A stretch of 64,000 nucleotides of DNA from Blastocatellia bacterium (lineage in GTDB: Bacteria; Acidobacteriota; Blastocatellia; UBA7656). Location of the stretch: positions 32,001-96,000 of the forward strand of contig CAVXWP010000013.1 of NCBI GenBank assembly GCA_963765495.1, read 5' to 3'. The notes under the pieces were generated by a model. It had not been told where the DNA came from and ran no database searches. It saw only the letters and a list, made by a program, of their open reading frames with translations. Both the position numbers and the translations under genes were made by a program. This document shows, piece by piece, positions 1 through 10,091 of this stretch; position 1 is the stretch's first letter; each line of letters starts with the position of its first letter.

Positions 1-992
1 GCGTAGGCGTGGATGGAACCGATAAAGAGATCAATGCCGCCGAATACGGCGCGGCCCCAAAAGGGTATGACTTTCTGACCATCGGACACGAAGGGTTCGG
101 ACAGGTCGAAGCCGTAGGGCCGAATGTAACCGAACTCAGGCCCGGCGATTTCGTAGTGGCCACCGTGCGAAGGCCGGGTTCGAGTATTTACGACCTCATA
201 GGCACAAGCGACATGACGACCGATGATACTTACTTCGAGCGCGGCATCAACCTGCGTCACGGCTATCTTACGGAATTTTATGTTGACGATGCCGAGTTCA
301 TTGTGAAGATACCAGTAGGGCTAAAACGAGTGGGCGTGCTGCTTGAGCCATTGACGGTGGTTGAGAAAGGCATCGCGCAGGCATACGAAATACAGCGCCG
401 CTTGCGCGTGTGGCATCCGCGCCGCGCGGCGGTCATGGGAGCCGGAACCATCGGTCTGCTTGCTACGCTGGTCCTCAGACTCAAAGGCATCGAAGTGACT
501 ACATTTGCGCTCAACCGCAAGCCTTCGCTCAACACGGATTTGATAGAAGCCATCGGCGCGCGTTATGAATCGACTCAGGATATGCCGGTGCTTGAAGGCG
601 CGAGCAAGTACGGACCGTTTGACATCATATTTGAAGCCACGGGGTTCTCGCCCATAGCCTTTGAGAGCATGCAGGCGCTTGGCAAAAACGGCGTGCTGGT
701 GCTTTCGAGCGTCACGGGCGGAGACCGCAAGATAGAGGTTCCCGCCGACCGTATCAACCTTGAATTCGTTCTCGGAAACAAGGTAATGGTGGGCACGGTC
801 AACGCAAACCGCGAGTACTTCGAGATGGGCGTAGGCGACATGGCGCAATCGGAAGCCGAATACCCCGGCTGGCTCGGACAGTTGCTTACACACCCGGTCA
901 AAGGGCTTGAGAATTACAAAGAACTGATGGAGAAACTGACGACGGCCAAAGGCGCTATCAAGGTGTTTTGCGAAGTGACTGATCTGCCTTAG
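1..992 (+). CDS. Zn-dependent glucose 1-dehydrogenase (MDR family), 5'-truncated by window edge
   Basis: Frame is open from the window start (VGVDGTD). Contains the GHE Zn motif (IGHEGFG), LLEP, the Rossmann GAGTIG and GTVNAN. Confidence 0.8.
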   Translation, partial: VGVDGTDKEINAAEYGAAPKGYDFLTIGHEGFGQVEAVGPNVTELRPGDFVVATVRRPGSSIYDLIGTSDMTTDDTYFERGINLRHGYLTEFYVDDAEFIVKIPVGLKRVGVLLEPLTVVEKGIAQAYEIQRRLRVWHPRRAAVMGAGTIGLLATLVLRLKGIEVTTFALNRKPSLNTDLIEAIGARYESTQDMPVLEGASKYGPFDIIFEATGFSPIAFESMQALGKNGVLVLSSVTGGDRKIEVPADRINLEFVLGNKVMVGTVNANREYFEMGVGDMAQSEAEYPGWLGQLLTHPVKGLENYKELMEKLTTAKGAIKVFCEVTDLP

Positions 993-1006
993 CTGATCTG
1001 CCTTAG
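979..1006. repeat. 14-bp tandem duplication spanning the stop codon
   Basis: CTGATCTGCCTTAG x2 (979-992, 993-1006). Confidence 0.9.
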
Positions 1007-1012
1007 CAGATC

Positions 1013-1154
1013 AGGGGCCGGGGGCCGGGGGTCGGGGGCCAGTGATTAGTTGTTTGTGAAGTGATTAGTTGTCAATGAGCAGCGGGCAGTTTTACGCGCC
1101 CCTCCAGGGCACGCTCCCCCACCCCGGCCCCTGACCCCCGACCCCCGGCCCCCT
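1013..1154. repeat. Heptamer-arm palindromic element, GGGGCCG type
   Basis: About 4x GGGG(C/T)CG at 1014-1041 and the complementary CCCC(G/T)G(A/G)C array at 1122-1154. Confidence 0.9.
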
Positions 1155-1377
1155 ATGTTTGCGCTCATCGGCGGTTTATTTTTAGTTCCTATCCCCCAAA
1201 GCGGTTAGTCGTTCCCACCCGCTCAAATCAATCTCTCGCAGCTATTGCAACAAAGCGCATGCAAGCGCGTTCCTTACTTCGTGCAATGATTTTGTCAAAG
1301 ATTATCGAATAGCCAGCGTGCTGTTCCACCTGTGCCAATACTGATAAACTTAACCGATTCTAAGGCTGGAGAAAACT

Positions 1378-4300
1378 ATGAAGACTTTTGTGATTTTTGC
1401 CCTGCTGTGTGTCTTGTGCCTTGCCTCTACTCATGCTCAACAATCGGAATATGAAAAGCTGAAAGCCGAAGCCGAACGCTTTTACGCCGAAGCATCTTAC
1501 AACAAGGCTCACGAGCTTTATTTGAAGGCAAACCAGACAAGCCCCCCTCCGACCGAAGCGCGTTGGGTGGCTTTCCGGCTTGCCGATACGCAATGGCGCG
1601 CACAGGCCGGGACTCAAACTTCAGACTCTACGAAGTATGATGAAGCCCAGCATCAACTGGAAGCGCTTGTTCGCGACACCGTCCGCACGGAAGACCGCGA
1701 CCGCGTATGGGCCGAAGCGCAGGAATCGCTCGGCGATTTCTGGTGGCTGCGCAGAGAGACAAAGAGCTGGGGTCAGGCGTGGCAGTATTATCAGCAGGCG
1801 CTTGACTGGTGGGCCGGTTCTGCCGATATAGAACTGGCGCGCAATCGTTATCTGAAAATCGTCTGGAATATCGCCAGACCCAATTGGAGCGAGCCTTATT
1901 ATTACTATGGTTATTATGGAAACTATGTGCCTCTTGAAATCCTTGAGAACGCGCTCAAGATAGCTCAAAGCGATAACGACCGCGCGCACGCGCATTACCT
2001 GATAGCGATGACGATTCGCGGGCAGGGCGGCGGTTGGGAGCAGCGACAGCGCGTGCCCGAAGAGTTCGAAGCTGCGCTCCGTCCCGGAAAGTCTTCCCAG
2101 TGGTATGATGATGCGCTTTATTATTATGCCGAATGGCTCGCAAACACAGGCTATATAACTCAACTCGATAACGGACAGTGGCAGCAACAACCCGATTATG
2201 TGAAGGCTCTCGAACTTTTCCAGGAATTCGTCAGGCAGTACCAGAAGGGCGAGTCTCGGTACTATGATCAGGCAAAGCAACAGATCGAAAGCATCACCCG
2301 CCCGACTATCGCCGTGAGCGTTTCAAATGTCTTTCTGCCCGATTCCGAGATGCAGGTCTACTTAAGCTGGCGCAATGTGAAAAAGATCGACCTTGCGATT
2401 TATAGAGTCGATCTCACGCGAGATGTCCGACTCCCGCAAAAGAGCAGCAGCGGCGAGTTTATTCAAACCATAAGCCTTACCGGGCGAGAGGCGGTCAAGT
2501 CGTGGTCAAAGGAGACTCAGGATAAAGGCGATCATAAACCGGATCAGGAAACGATACGGCTCGACGCGAAACTTCCCACGGGCGCTTATGTCATCGAGGC
2601 GGTGAGCGGGGCGGCGCGCGCGCGCGATCTGTTGCTTGTAACCGATACGGCGCTGGTATTGAAGTCGTCGCACAAGCAGGCGCTCGTCTATTTCTGCGAC
2701 GCGGGGAACGGCGCTCCTGTTGCCGGTGCGCGCGTGACTATGTGGGAACACACCTATAATATCGATAACTGGTCGTGGCGCGAACTCAGCGGAACGACCA
2801 ACCAGGATGGGATAGCCGCTTTCGATCTGTTCGCGTCTGCTTCAAACTCGGAGCTTTTCGCAAGCGCCGCCCTCGGCGACCGGCAAGCCTTCAGCCTCGG
2901 CAATAATTACTCCTATTCTCGCAACGATCAGCCGTGGCGAATATACGCCTTCACGGACCGCCCCGCCTATCGCCCCGATGAAACCGCCCAGTGGAAATTC
3001 GTAGCGAGAAAGTATAACTCAGGCACATACCTGACGCCCGCAAATCAAACAATCGAATTCGAGATCACAGACCCGCAGGGCGCAAAGGTCAAGGAAGGCA
3101 AGGCAAAATTGAATGCCTTCGGGAGTTTCTGGGATTCGCTCGAACTGACATCGAATATGCCTCTGGGCGAGTATCAGGTCAGCTTCTGGGATGAGGGACG
3201 GCACAACGGCATAGGGAGCGCCGCTTTGTTCAGACTCGAAGAATACAAGCTGCCCGAATTCAAGGTCAGCGTTCAGACGCCGGAAGAAGACGGGCGAAAG
3301 AAGAGCTTCAAGCTTGGCGAAAAAGTCGAGGCGACTGTGCAAGCCGATTACTATTTTGGCGGCCCGGTGGCAAACGCAAGCGTCGAGTTGCTTGTCTATC
3401 AAAACCCCTATTATCAATGGTGGCAGGAGCCGCGCGATTATCCGTGGTATTACGAAGATCTGTCGCCCACGAATTACGTTTACGGCAGAGGGCAGGGACA
3501 GATTATAAAACGCGAAACGCTAAAGACCGATGCCCAGGGTAAAGCGGCAATTACTTTCGACACGCCGAGAGGCGCAAGTCAGGATTTCGAGTACAGAATC
3601 GAAGCGCGCGTTACCGATTCTTCGCGCCGCGAGATCGCAGGCTCGGGAACCGTTCGTGTGACTCGCCAGCGTTACTACGTTTACCTCCAAGCCGGGCACA
3701 ACATATATCGCCCGCAGGATAAAGTCAGCGTGAATATAAATGCGGTTGACGCCAATCGCCAGCCGGTCGAGGTCAATGGCCGAATAAAGTTGACCAGAGA
3801 TTACTGGTATGAAATCTGGCTCGACCCGAACGGGCGCGAGGTGAAGGGCGAAGAGTTGAAACGGCTTCGTGAAAAGAGCCGGGTATTTCCTCCGGCTGTT
3901 CGCCCGCAGGAAAAACCGTGGCAACTCAAATTCCGGGGCTACGAGCACGACGACATAAAGACCGAAACCGCAAAGACAGACCGCGACGGCAAGACTGAAT
4001 TTAATTTCACACCCGAGCGCGAAGGCTATTACCGCATCACTTGGGCGAGCACAGACAAAGACGGAGCGCCGATAAACGCGGAAACGACCGTGTGGGTTGC
4101 GACGGGCGCGACTACGGATCTGGGGTACCGTTACGGCGGGCTTCAGATAATAGTTGATAAAGACACGTTCCGAGCCGGGCAGACGGCTCCGGTGATGCTT
4201 GTCGCTCCGACAAATGATCGTTACGTGCTCTTCAGCGTCGAAGGCGAAGAGATCTACAATTACCAGCTTGTCCACCTCACGGGCAATGTAAAGCTCATCG

Positions 4301-7300
4301 AGTTGCCCATCGAAGACAAACATGTTCCCAACATCTTTTTGAGCGCCGCGATGGTAAGCGACCGGCAGATTACAGCCGACCTCAAACCGATAATAGTTCC
4401 GCCTGTAGAGCATTTCCTCGATCTTGAAGTGAAGGCCGACCGCGACGAGTATCAGCCTCGCGAGGAAGGGACGCTCACGGTTACGGCCCGCGATCAAAAC
4501 GGCAAGCCGGTCGCGGCCGAAGTGGCTCTGGGGCTTGTGGACGAGTCGATCTTTTACATCCAGCAGGATTACGCCGGGGACCCGAGACAATTTTATTACG
4601 GCGCGAAACGCCCGCAGACGGTTCAAACTCAGAGCACGTTTCAGCAAAAGAGTTACGCAAAGCTGGTCGAAGGGACGGACAAACGATTGATTGACTCGCG
4701 TCAGCAGATAGGCCAGCAAGGCTATAGTCGAGATGAAGTGGATCAGACTTTAGATATTAAAGAAAGAGGGAGGAATCTAGTAGAGAGCGAGCTTAAAAGC
4801 GTCGGCGGGATGGGAAAAGATGATAATCTGGCGAAGCGAGCAGATGGTCCGATTGATAATCTGGCCATCAATGGCCGGAAAGCCTTACAAAATCTCGAAA
4901 TAGCTCCGGCCCCTGCCTCTGAAGCCGTAGCGGTAACAGGAGGCGCGGAACCGGCTGTTGTGGTACGCAGCGATTTTCGCTCGACGATCCTCTGGCAGCC
5001 CGATGTCGTCACCGACCGCGACGGACGCGCCACGGTAAAGGTGAAGTTCCCCGACTCGCTTACGGGCTGGACGGCGACCGCGCGGGCCGCTACTTCGGGC
5101 AATCAATTCGGCATAGCAAATGCCGCCACACGAACCAAGCAACCTCTGATAGTTCGCCTCCAAGCGCCAAGATTTTTTGTTACAGGCGATGTGGCTACCG
5201 TCTCGGCCGTCATAAACAACAACACCGACAAGCCCATGAAACTCACAGCGAAATTGCTGGCAGAAGGCGTGCGAATCGAAGGGCTGGTTCACAACAATCC
5301 AAACGGGCCGGTCGTAAACGGACATCGCATTATACCTTACGAGATCAGCGGGCCAGAGGTCGGAACCGGAGCGACTGTGGCGGCAAACAGTGAGACGAGA
5401 GTTGACTGGCTCGTCTCCGTGCAGCAACCCGGCGCGGTCAAATTGAAGGTCACGGCGATAGAGGAAAGTCACTCAGACGCGATGGAAAAGAGCTTTGTCG
5501 CATATGAACACGGCATAGAAAAATTCCTCTCGAAATCGGGCAAGCTGCGCGGCGATCAGGTCACGATCCGCCTGGACATTCCAAAGGAGCGCAGGGCCGA
5601 CTCTACTTCGCTGAACGTGCAGGTAACACCAAGCATGGCAGTCACCATGCTCGACGCTCTTCCTTATCTGATCAACTATCCTTACGGCTGCACCGAGCAG
5701 ACTATGAGCCGTTTCCTTCCCACCGCGATCACGGCGAAGACGCTCAAGGATCTGGGGCTTAAACCCGAAGCGATTATGGGGAAAGTATTCGGCGGCGTGG
5801 TTCAGGAGACCGCCGACCAGACTCATCCTGGCGGCAAGAGAGATTTTCGCCAGATTGATGATATGACCGCGAAAAGCCTTGCGCGTCTCTACGATTTTCA
5901 ACACGATGACGGAGGCTGGGGCTGGTGGAAAGAAGGCGAGAGCGATCACTTCATGACCGCGTATGTAGTCTGGGGGCTGTCGCTTGCCCAACAGGCGGGC
6001 ATCGAAGTAAAACAGGATGCGCTTGATCGAGGCGTCGAATATCTTTCCGAAGAGATAGTCGAAGAAGAAGCGAATTATGACGAACAGGCGTGGATGCTGC
6101 ACGCGCTTGCGGTTTATCACTCTCTGTCAAAACAGACCGAGGTACAAGAGTATCAGGCCACCGCTTTTGAAAATCTCTGGACGAACCGCGACAGGCTCAA
6201 TGCCTATACGCGGGCGCTCGTTGCCTTGAGCGCGCACTACTTCGGCTACACAGACAAAGCGAAAACGCTCATAGAAAATCTGGAAAACGGTGTAAAGATA
6301 GATTCCACGCCCGACACTTCGATCATCGAGCGCGGCGCTCGACGGTCGCACGAGGGCGTTATCGCAACGGCGCACTGGGGCGAGGACGGCATTTACTGGC
6401 GATGGTCGGACGGGGGCGTCGAGGCCACCTCATTCGCATTGCGCGCAATGCTTGCCGTTGATCCGACAAACAAATTGATCGAGCCGGTGACAAACTGGCT
6501 GATAAAAAATCGCCGGGGGGCGCAATGGAGCAACACCCGCGATACGGCCATCACCGTTTTGACCCTGAACGAATACCTGCGCAGTAGCGGCGAACTGAAG
6601 CCCGAGATCGAATACGAATTGACGGTTAACGATCACGCGATAATCACAAAGAAGATAACCGCCGAAGATGCCCTGACGGCCCCGAGCCTCTTCACTATTG
6701 ATCCCGGCCTTCTGCGTGATGGTGCGAATGTGATTCGCATCAACCGCAAGAGCGGCGCGAGCCCGATCTATTTCTCAGCCGACGCAAAATTCTTCAGCCT
6801 CGAAGAGCCTCTGACCGAAGCAGGCAACGAGATATTCGTTCGCCGCGAGTATTACAAACTCGTTGCCCGCCCGACTCTGCTCAAAGGCTATGTTTACGAC
6901 CGCGTGCCGCTCACAGACAACGAGAGCGTGACAAGCGGAGACCGCGTCGAAGTCGTCATGACGATAGAGGCAAAAAACAACTACGAGTACCTGTTGTTTG
7001 AAGACCTGAAGCCAGCCGGTCTTGAAGCCGTACAGATTCGAAGCGGCGAACCGTTGTTTGCCAGAGAGTTGAAGTCAGGGGCAAGCACTCGCAAATTCGG
7101 GTCAGGCGCGGAAAGCCCTCCGAGCGGAGACGTCGAAGAGACAGACTACACAGGCAACACCGAATGGGTTTATCAGGAACTGCGCGACCGTAAAACGGCT
7201 TTCTTCATAAGCAAATTGCCGGAAGGAGTATGGGAAATTCGCTACGATTTGCGGGCGGAAACGCCGGGCAGTTTTCACGCCTTGCCGGTCATCGGCCACG

Positions 7301-7368
7301 CGATGTATGTGCCCGAAATCAGGTGTAATGCCACCGAGGTGCGAATCAAAGTGGAGGATAGAGAATAA
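1378..7368 (+). CDS. Alpha-2-macroglobulin family protein with thioester motif
   Basis: 1996 aa with signal peptide. MG-domain motifs TDRPAYRP and EEYKLPEF; bait region followed by VRSDF..W and FPDSLTGW; thioester YPYGCTEQ; QHDDGGWGWW; WSNTRDT. Confidence 0.93.
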   Translation: MKTFVIFALLCVLCLASTHAQQSEYEKLKAEAERFYAEASYNKAHELYLKANQTSPPPTEARWVAFRLADTQWRAQAGTQTSDSTKYDEAQHQLEALVRDTVRTEDRDRVWAEAQESLGDFWWLRRETKSWGQAWQYYQQALDWWAGSADIELARNRYLKIVWNIARPNWSEPYYYYGYYGNYVPLEILENALKIAQSDNDRAHAHYLIAMTIRGQGGGWEQRQRVPEEFEAALRPGKSSQWYDDALYYYAEWLANTGYITQLDNGQWQQQPDYVKALELFQEFVRQYQKGESRYYDQAKQQIESITRPTIAVSVSNVFLPDSEMQVYLSWRNVKKIDLAIYRVDLTRDVRLPQKSSSGEFIQTISLTGREAVKSWSKETQDKGDHKPDQETIRLDAKLPTGAYVIEAVSGAARARDLLLVTDTALVLKSSHKQALVYFCDAGNGAPVAGARVTMWEHTYNIDNWSWRELSGTTNQDGIAAFDLFASASNSELFASAALGDRQAFSLGNNYSYSRNDQPWRIYAFTDRPAYRPDETAQWKFVARKYNSGTYLTPANQTIEFEITDPQGAKVKEGKAKLNAFGSFWDSLELTSNMPLGEYQVSFWDEGRHNGIGSAALFRLEEYKLPEFKVSVQTPEEDGRKKSFKLGEKVEATVQADYYFGGPVANASVELLVYQNPYYQWWQEPRDYPWYYEDLSPTNYVYGRGQGQIIKRETLKTDAQGKAAITFDTPRGASQDFEYRIEARVTDSSRREIAGSGTVRVTRQRYYVYLQAGHNIYRPQDKVSVNINAVDANRQPVEVNGRIKLTRDYWYEIWLDPNGREVKGEELKRLREKSRVFPPAVRPQEKPWQLKFRGYEHDDIKTETAKTDRDGKTEFNFTPEREGYYRITWASTDKDGAPINAETTVWVATGATTDLGYRYGGLQIIVDKDTFRAGQTAPVMLVAPTNDRYVLFSVEGEEIYNYQLVHLTGNVKLIELPIEDKHVPNIFLSAAMVSDRQITADLKPIIVPPVEHFLDLEVKADRDEYQPREEGTLTVTARDQNGKPVAAEVALGLVDESIFYIQQDYAGDPRQFYYGAKRPQTVQTQSTFQQKSYAKLVEGTDKRLIDSRQQIGQQGYSRDEVDQTLDIKERGRNLVESELKSVGGMGKDDNLAKRADGPIDNLAINGRKALQNLEIAPAPASEAVAVTGGAEPAVVVRSDFRSTILWQPDVVTDRDGRATVKVKFPDSLTGWTATARAATSGNQFGIANAATRTKQPLIVRLQAPRFFVTGDVATVSAVINNNTDKPMKLTAKLLAEGVRIEGLVHNNPNGPVVNGHRIIPYEISGPEVGTGATVAANSETRVDWLVSVQQPGAVKLKVTAIEESHSDAMEKSFVAYEHGIEKFLSKSGKLRGDQVTIRLDIPKERRADSTSLNVQVTPSMAVTMLDALPYLINYPYGCTEQTMSRFLPTAITAKTLKDLGLKPEAIMGKVFGGVVQETADQTHPGGKRDFRQIDDMTAKSLARLYDFQHDDGGWGWWKEGESDHFMTAYVVWGLSLAQQAGIEVKQDALDRGVEYLSEEIVEEEANYDEQAWMLHALAVYHSLSKQTEVQEYQATAFENLWTNRDRLNAYTRALVALSAHYFGYTDKAKTLIENLENGVKIDSTPDTSIIERGARRSHEGVIATAHWGEDGIYWRWSDGGVEATSFALRAMLAVDPTNKLIEPVTNWLIKNRRGAQWSNTRDTAITVLTLNEYLRSSGELKPEIEYELTVNDHAIITKKITAEDALTAPSLFTIDPGLLRDGANVIRINRKSGASPIYFSADAKFFSLEEPLTEAGNEIFVRREYYKLVARPTLLKGYVYDRVPLTDNESVTSGDRVEVVMTIEAKNNYEYLLFEDLKPAGLEAVQIRSGEPLFARELKSGASTRKFGSGAESPPSGDVEETDYTGNTEWVYQELRDRKTAFFISKLPEGVWEIRYDLRAETPGSFHALPVIGHAMYVPEIRCNATEVRIKVEDRE

Positions 7369-7385
7369 CCTTATAAGATTTCGAT

Positions 7386-7457
7386 ATAGCCACAGAGGCA
7401 CCGCAGACACAGAGATTTTATAATTTTTCTCTGTGTCTGCGGTGCCTCTGTGGCTAT
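7386..7457. repeat. Perfect 30-bp inverted repeat (REP-like hairpin, possible bidirectional terminator)
   Basis: ATAGCCACAGAGGCACCGCAGACACAGAGA, a 12-nt AT loop, then the exact reverse complement; lies between convergent genes. Confidence 0.9.
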
Positions 7458-7475
7458 TCCTCAACCCTGTCAGAA

Positions 7476-8801
7476 TCAATCTGCCGCGCAGCGAAAACCG
7501 GCGAAGGCGTCGCGAAATCGCGGGCGAAAGAAATTCCTGAACGAGCAGCGCAAAAGCACCGCTCGCGTAGCCCACGACCCGCCCTTCAGCACGCGATGGT
7601 CGCCGTCAAACCATAGCTCGGAATATTCCGCGTACGGATAGGCCGCAAATCCCGGATAGCCCGCAAACGTAGTCGCGGTCCATTCCCACACGTTTCCGGT
7701 CATATCCATGCAACCGTATGCGCTCTGCCCATCGGGGAAAGCCGCAACCGGCACAGGCCCCCAGTAATGATTATTGAAATTCGCAAGCTCAGGGCGCGGT
7801 TCGTCGTCGCCCCAACTGAATCGGCGTTTGATTTTCGCCTGCGGGTTCCACGAGGCAGCTTTTTCCCACTCGGCTTCCGAAGACAATCGCTTCCCCACAA
7901 ACCGCGCATAGCTTTCGGCCTCATACCAGCTTACGCCGACAACGGGGAGGTCGGGCTGCTGAGAGACCTCTTCAAACATTTCGCGCACGCGCCATCGAAT
8001 GGAGCCGCCGTCGGCAGGTGACCAGTGAAGCGGGCAGTTGATGTGATTCTCTTCTTTCCAGTTCCACCCCTCTTCGCTCCAAAGCGAGCGTTTCTCGTAT
8101 CCGCCCGCCTCGATGAACTCGGCAAAGTCGGCGTTTGTGACCGGGTACTTGTCTATGCGAAAGTCCGCAAGCTCTACTGTGTGTGGAGGCTGCTCGTTGT
8201 CGTAGGCAAATGGATAACCGTAAGACCCTATCTCAAACGGCCCGCCAGCGACCCGCACCATCTCTCCGCGAGCGCCCGAGCGAAGGCGTTCGGCCCGACC
8301 TAAGAGTTCTTCACGCGCAACGAGGGCCGCGACTTTGCGTTTCGATTCCGGGGCGAGCATCTGAAACAGGTAGGCGAGCGTTTCCTGATGTTGATACTCG
8401 TGCTCGATCACCAGATTGAACACGTACCCGTTTCGAAGCAGCGGGTCCGGGTCGCCTTTTGAATAGGTGGTAAGCGAGGCGAGTACCTCTTCGCGCACGC
8501 GGTCCAGATAGCTTTCGATCTCTGGAAGGGGCGGCAGTTTTGAGGAGTCTTCTCGCGGCGTTTTGATAGGATCAAAGATGGCGTTGTAATAGGGCGAGAT
8601 CGGCTGATTGCCTTTCATCCGTTCGAGGAGCCAGTATTCCTCAAACGCGCCCACGTGGCCCAGATGCCAGAGTATAGGCCGAAAGCCGGGGCTCGGGGGG
8701 CGGCGCAAATCCGCTTCTGAAATTATGAGGCCGAACAATTCGCGGGTGTCCGCACGCGAATTGTTCATTATTTGAGCGATCTCTTCCGTATCAATTGCCA
8801 T
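7476..8801 (-). CDS. egtB: Ergothioneine biosynthesis sulfoxide synthase EgtB-like (DinB + FGE-sulfatase domains)
   Basis: WHLGH...EHEYQH Fe triad; SEAEWEKAA, GNVWEW, YPYAEYS, KGGSW, GFRC; divergent from egtD. Confidence 0.82.
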   Translation of the reverse strand: MAIDTEEIAQIMNNSRADTRELFGLIISEADLRRPPSPGFRPILWHLGHVGAFEEYWLLERMKGNQPISPYYNAIFDPIKTPREDSSKLPPLPEIESYLDRVREEVLASLTTYSKGDPDPLLRNGYVFNLVIEHEYQHQETLAYLFQMLAPESKRKVAALVAREELLGRAERLRSGARGEMVRVAGGPFEIGSYGYPFAYDNEQPPHTVELADFRIDKYPVTNADFAEFIEAGGYEKRSLWSEEGWNWKEENHINCPLHWSPADGGSIRWRVREMFEEVSQQPDLPVVGVSWYEAESYARFVGKRLSSEAEWEKAASWNPQAKIKRRFSWGDDEPRPELANFNNHYWGPVPVAAFPDGQSAYGCMDMTGNVWEWTATTFAGYPGFAAYPYAEYSELWFDGDHRVLKGGSWATRAVLLRCSFRNFFRPRFRDAFAGFRCAAD

Positions 8802-9049
8802 AGGCTACATGTTACAGAGCGAAAGCAAAAGGGCAAAGGGCATTCAACCCCTGGCCTGCGCGAAACAGGCGTCCGAGGTAGTAACGGTTGAGTTGAAAAA
8901 AGGCGAGTAGAAATAGGCCAGGACGGACGCGGATTTTGGGAATCGTCTTCACCATTCGCGCTTTGCCCTTTGCTCTGTAGTGAGATAGCATTAAAGAGGC
9001 TCTGTGAGTAGGCGAGTTCTCTGTTTCAGGGATCAGGGGGAGGATAAGG

Positions 9050-10072
9050 GTGATGTATCCTATATTGCGTTCCGGCAGGTCTGAGCGCCTGATTATTCAT
9101 CGACTCGCTTGCGGAGGCGATTCGAATGCCTTTGCCGAAGAAGTGCGCGAGGGTCTTACCTCTCGGCCCAGAGTCTTGCAGCCTAAATACTTTTACGACG
9201 AGCTGGGCTCGCAACTGTTCGAAGCCATCTGTTTGCTTCCCGAATATTATTTGACGCGAGCGGAAAGCGAGATACTCAACCGCTACAGTGATGAAATAGT
9301 CACATCCATCAAAGGGCCGGTTCGGCTTGTCGAGTTGGGAAGCGGCAGCGCCGACAAGACACGCCATCTGATAGAGGCGCTGTTAAGAAATCAAAGCGAG
9401 CTTCACTACCTGCCCGTAGACATTTCCGATCTCAGCCTAGAGCGCAGCAGCGAAGAACTGCTGCATGTTTATCCTCGACTTCGCATAACGGCTTATGCCG
9501 CCGACTATTTCACCGCGCTTCGAGCGTTGTCGGAGGCGGGCGTGCTTCAGCGACAGGACAAACGGACCATCGTGCTGTTTCTCGGATCCAACATCGGCAA
9601 TTTTGACCCGGAACACGCCAGAGATTTTTTGCGTGAGATTCGCAAAATGCTGGTGCCGGGAGACGGATTGTTGGTCGGCGCGGATTTGAAAAAATCGGCC
9701 GATTTGCTTGAGCCCGCTTATGACGATGCGCTCGGCGTGACGGCGGCTTTTGATCGTAACCTGCTCGTGCGAATCAACCGCGAACTTGGCGGCGATTTCG
9801 ATGTAAAAAATTTCAAGCATCGCGCTCATTACAACGAACAACTCGGGCGGGTAGAGAGTCATCTGGTCAGCCTTGCGCCGCAACGGGTTCGCATACGAGC
9901 GATTGATCTGGAGATCTTTTTCGAAGAGGGCGAATCCATTCACACCGAAAATTCTTACAAATTCGATTTAAAACAACTCGCCGACATGGCCCGGCAGACC
10001 GAGTTCTCTCTTGAGAGAACCTGGTTTGACAATCTCCGGCTATTCAGTTTCAACCTTTTTGCTGCGGCCTAG
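9050..10072 (+). CDS. egtD: L-histidine N-alpha-methyltransferase EgtD
   Basis: PKYFYDELGSQLFEAICLLPEYY, ELGSG, FLGSNIGN, AYDDALGVTAAF, IHTENSYK; GGAGGA RBS. Confidence 0.93.
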   Translation: MMYPILRSGRSERLIIHRLACGGDSNAFAEEVREGLTSRPRVLQPKYFYDELGSQLFEAICLLPEYYLTRAESEILNRYSDEIVTSIKGPVRLVELGSGSADKTRHLIEALLRNQSELHYLPVDISDLSLERSSEELLHVYPRLRITAYAADYFTALRALSEAGVLQRQDKRTIVLFLGSNIGNFDPEHARDFLREIRKMLVPGDGLLVGADLKKSADLLEPAYDDALGVTAAFDRNLLVRINRELGGDFDVKNFKHRAHYNEQLGRVESHLVSLAPQRVRIRAIDLEIFFEEGESIHTENSYKFDLKQLADMARQTEFSLERTWFDNLRLFSFNLFAAA

Positions 10073-10091
10073 CAAAGCGTAAAATCTCAAC

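Noticed and set aside
3520-4719. Long antisense ORFs (399 aa here; also 11547-12488, 28958-29767, 60378-61178)
   Set aside because: They are shadows of well-supported genes in GC-rich DNA and have no motifs.
7476-8801. EgtB-like gene as selenoneine (SenA) or ovothiol (OvoA) synthase
   Set aside because: No senB glycosyltransferase or selD neighbour and no C-terminal methyltransferase domain.
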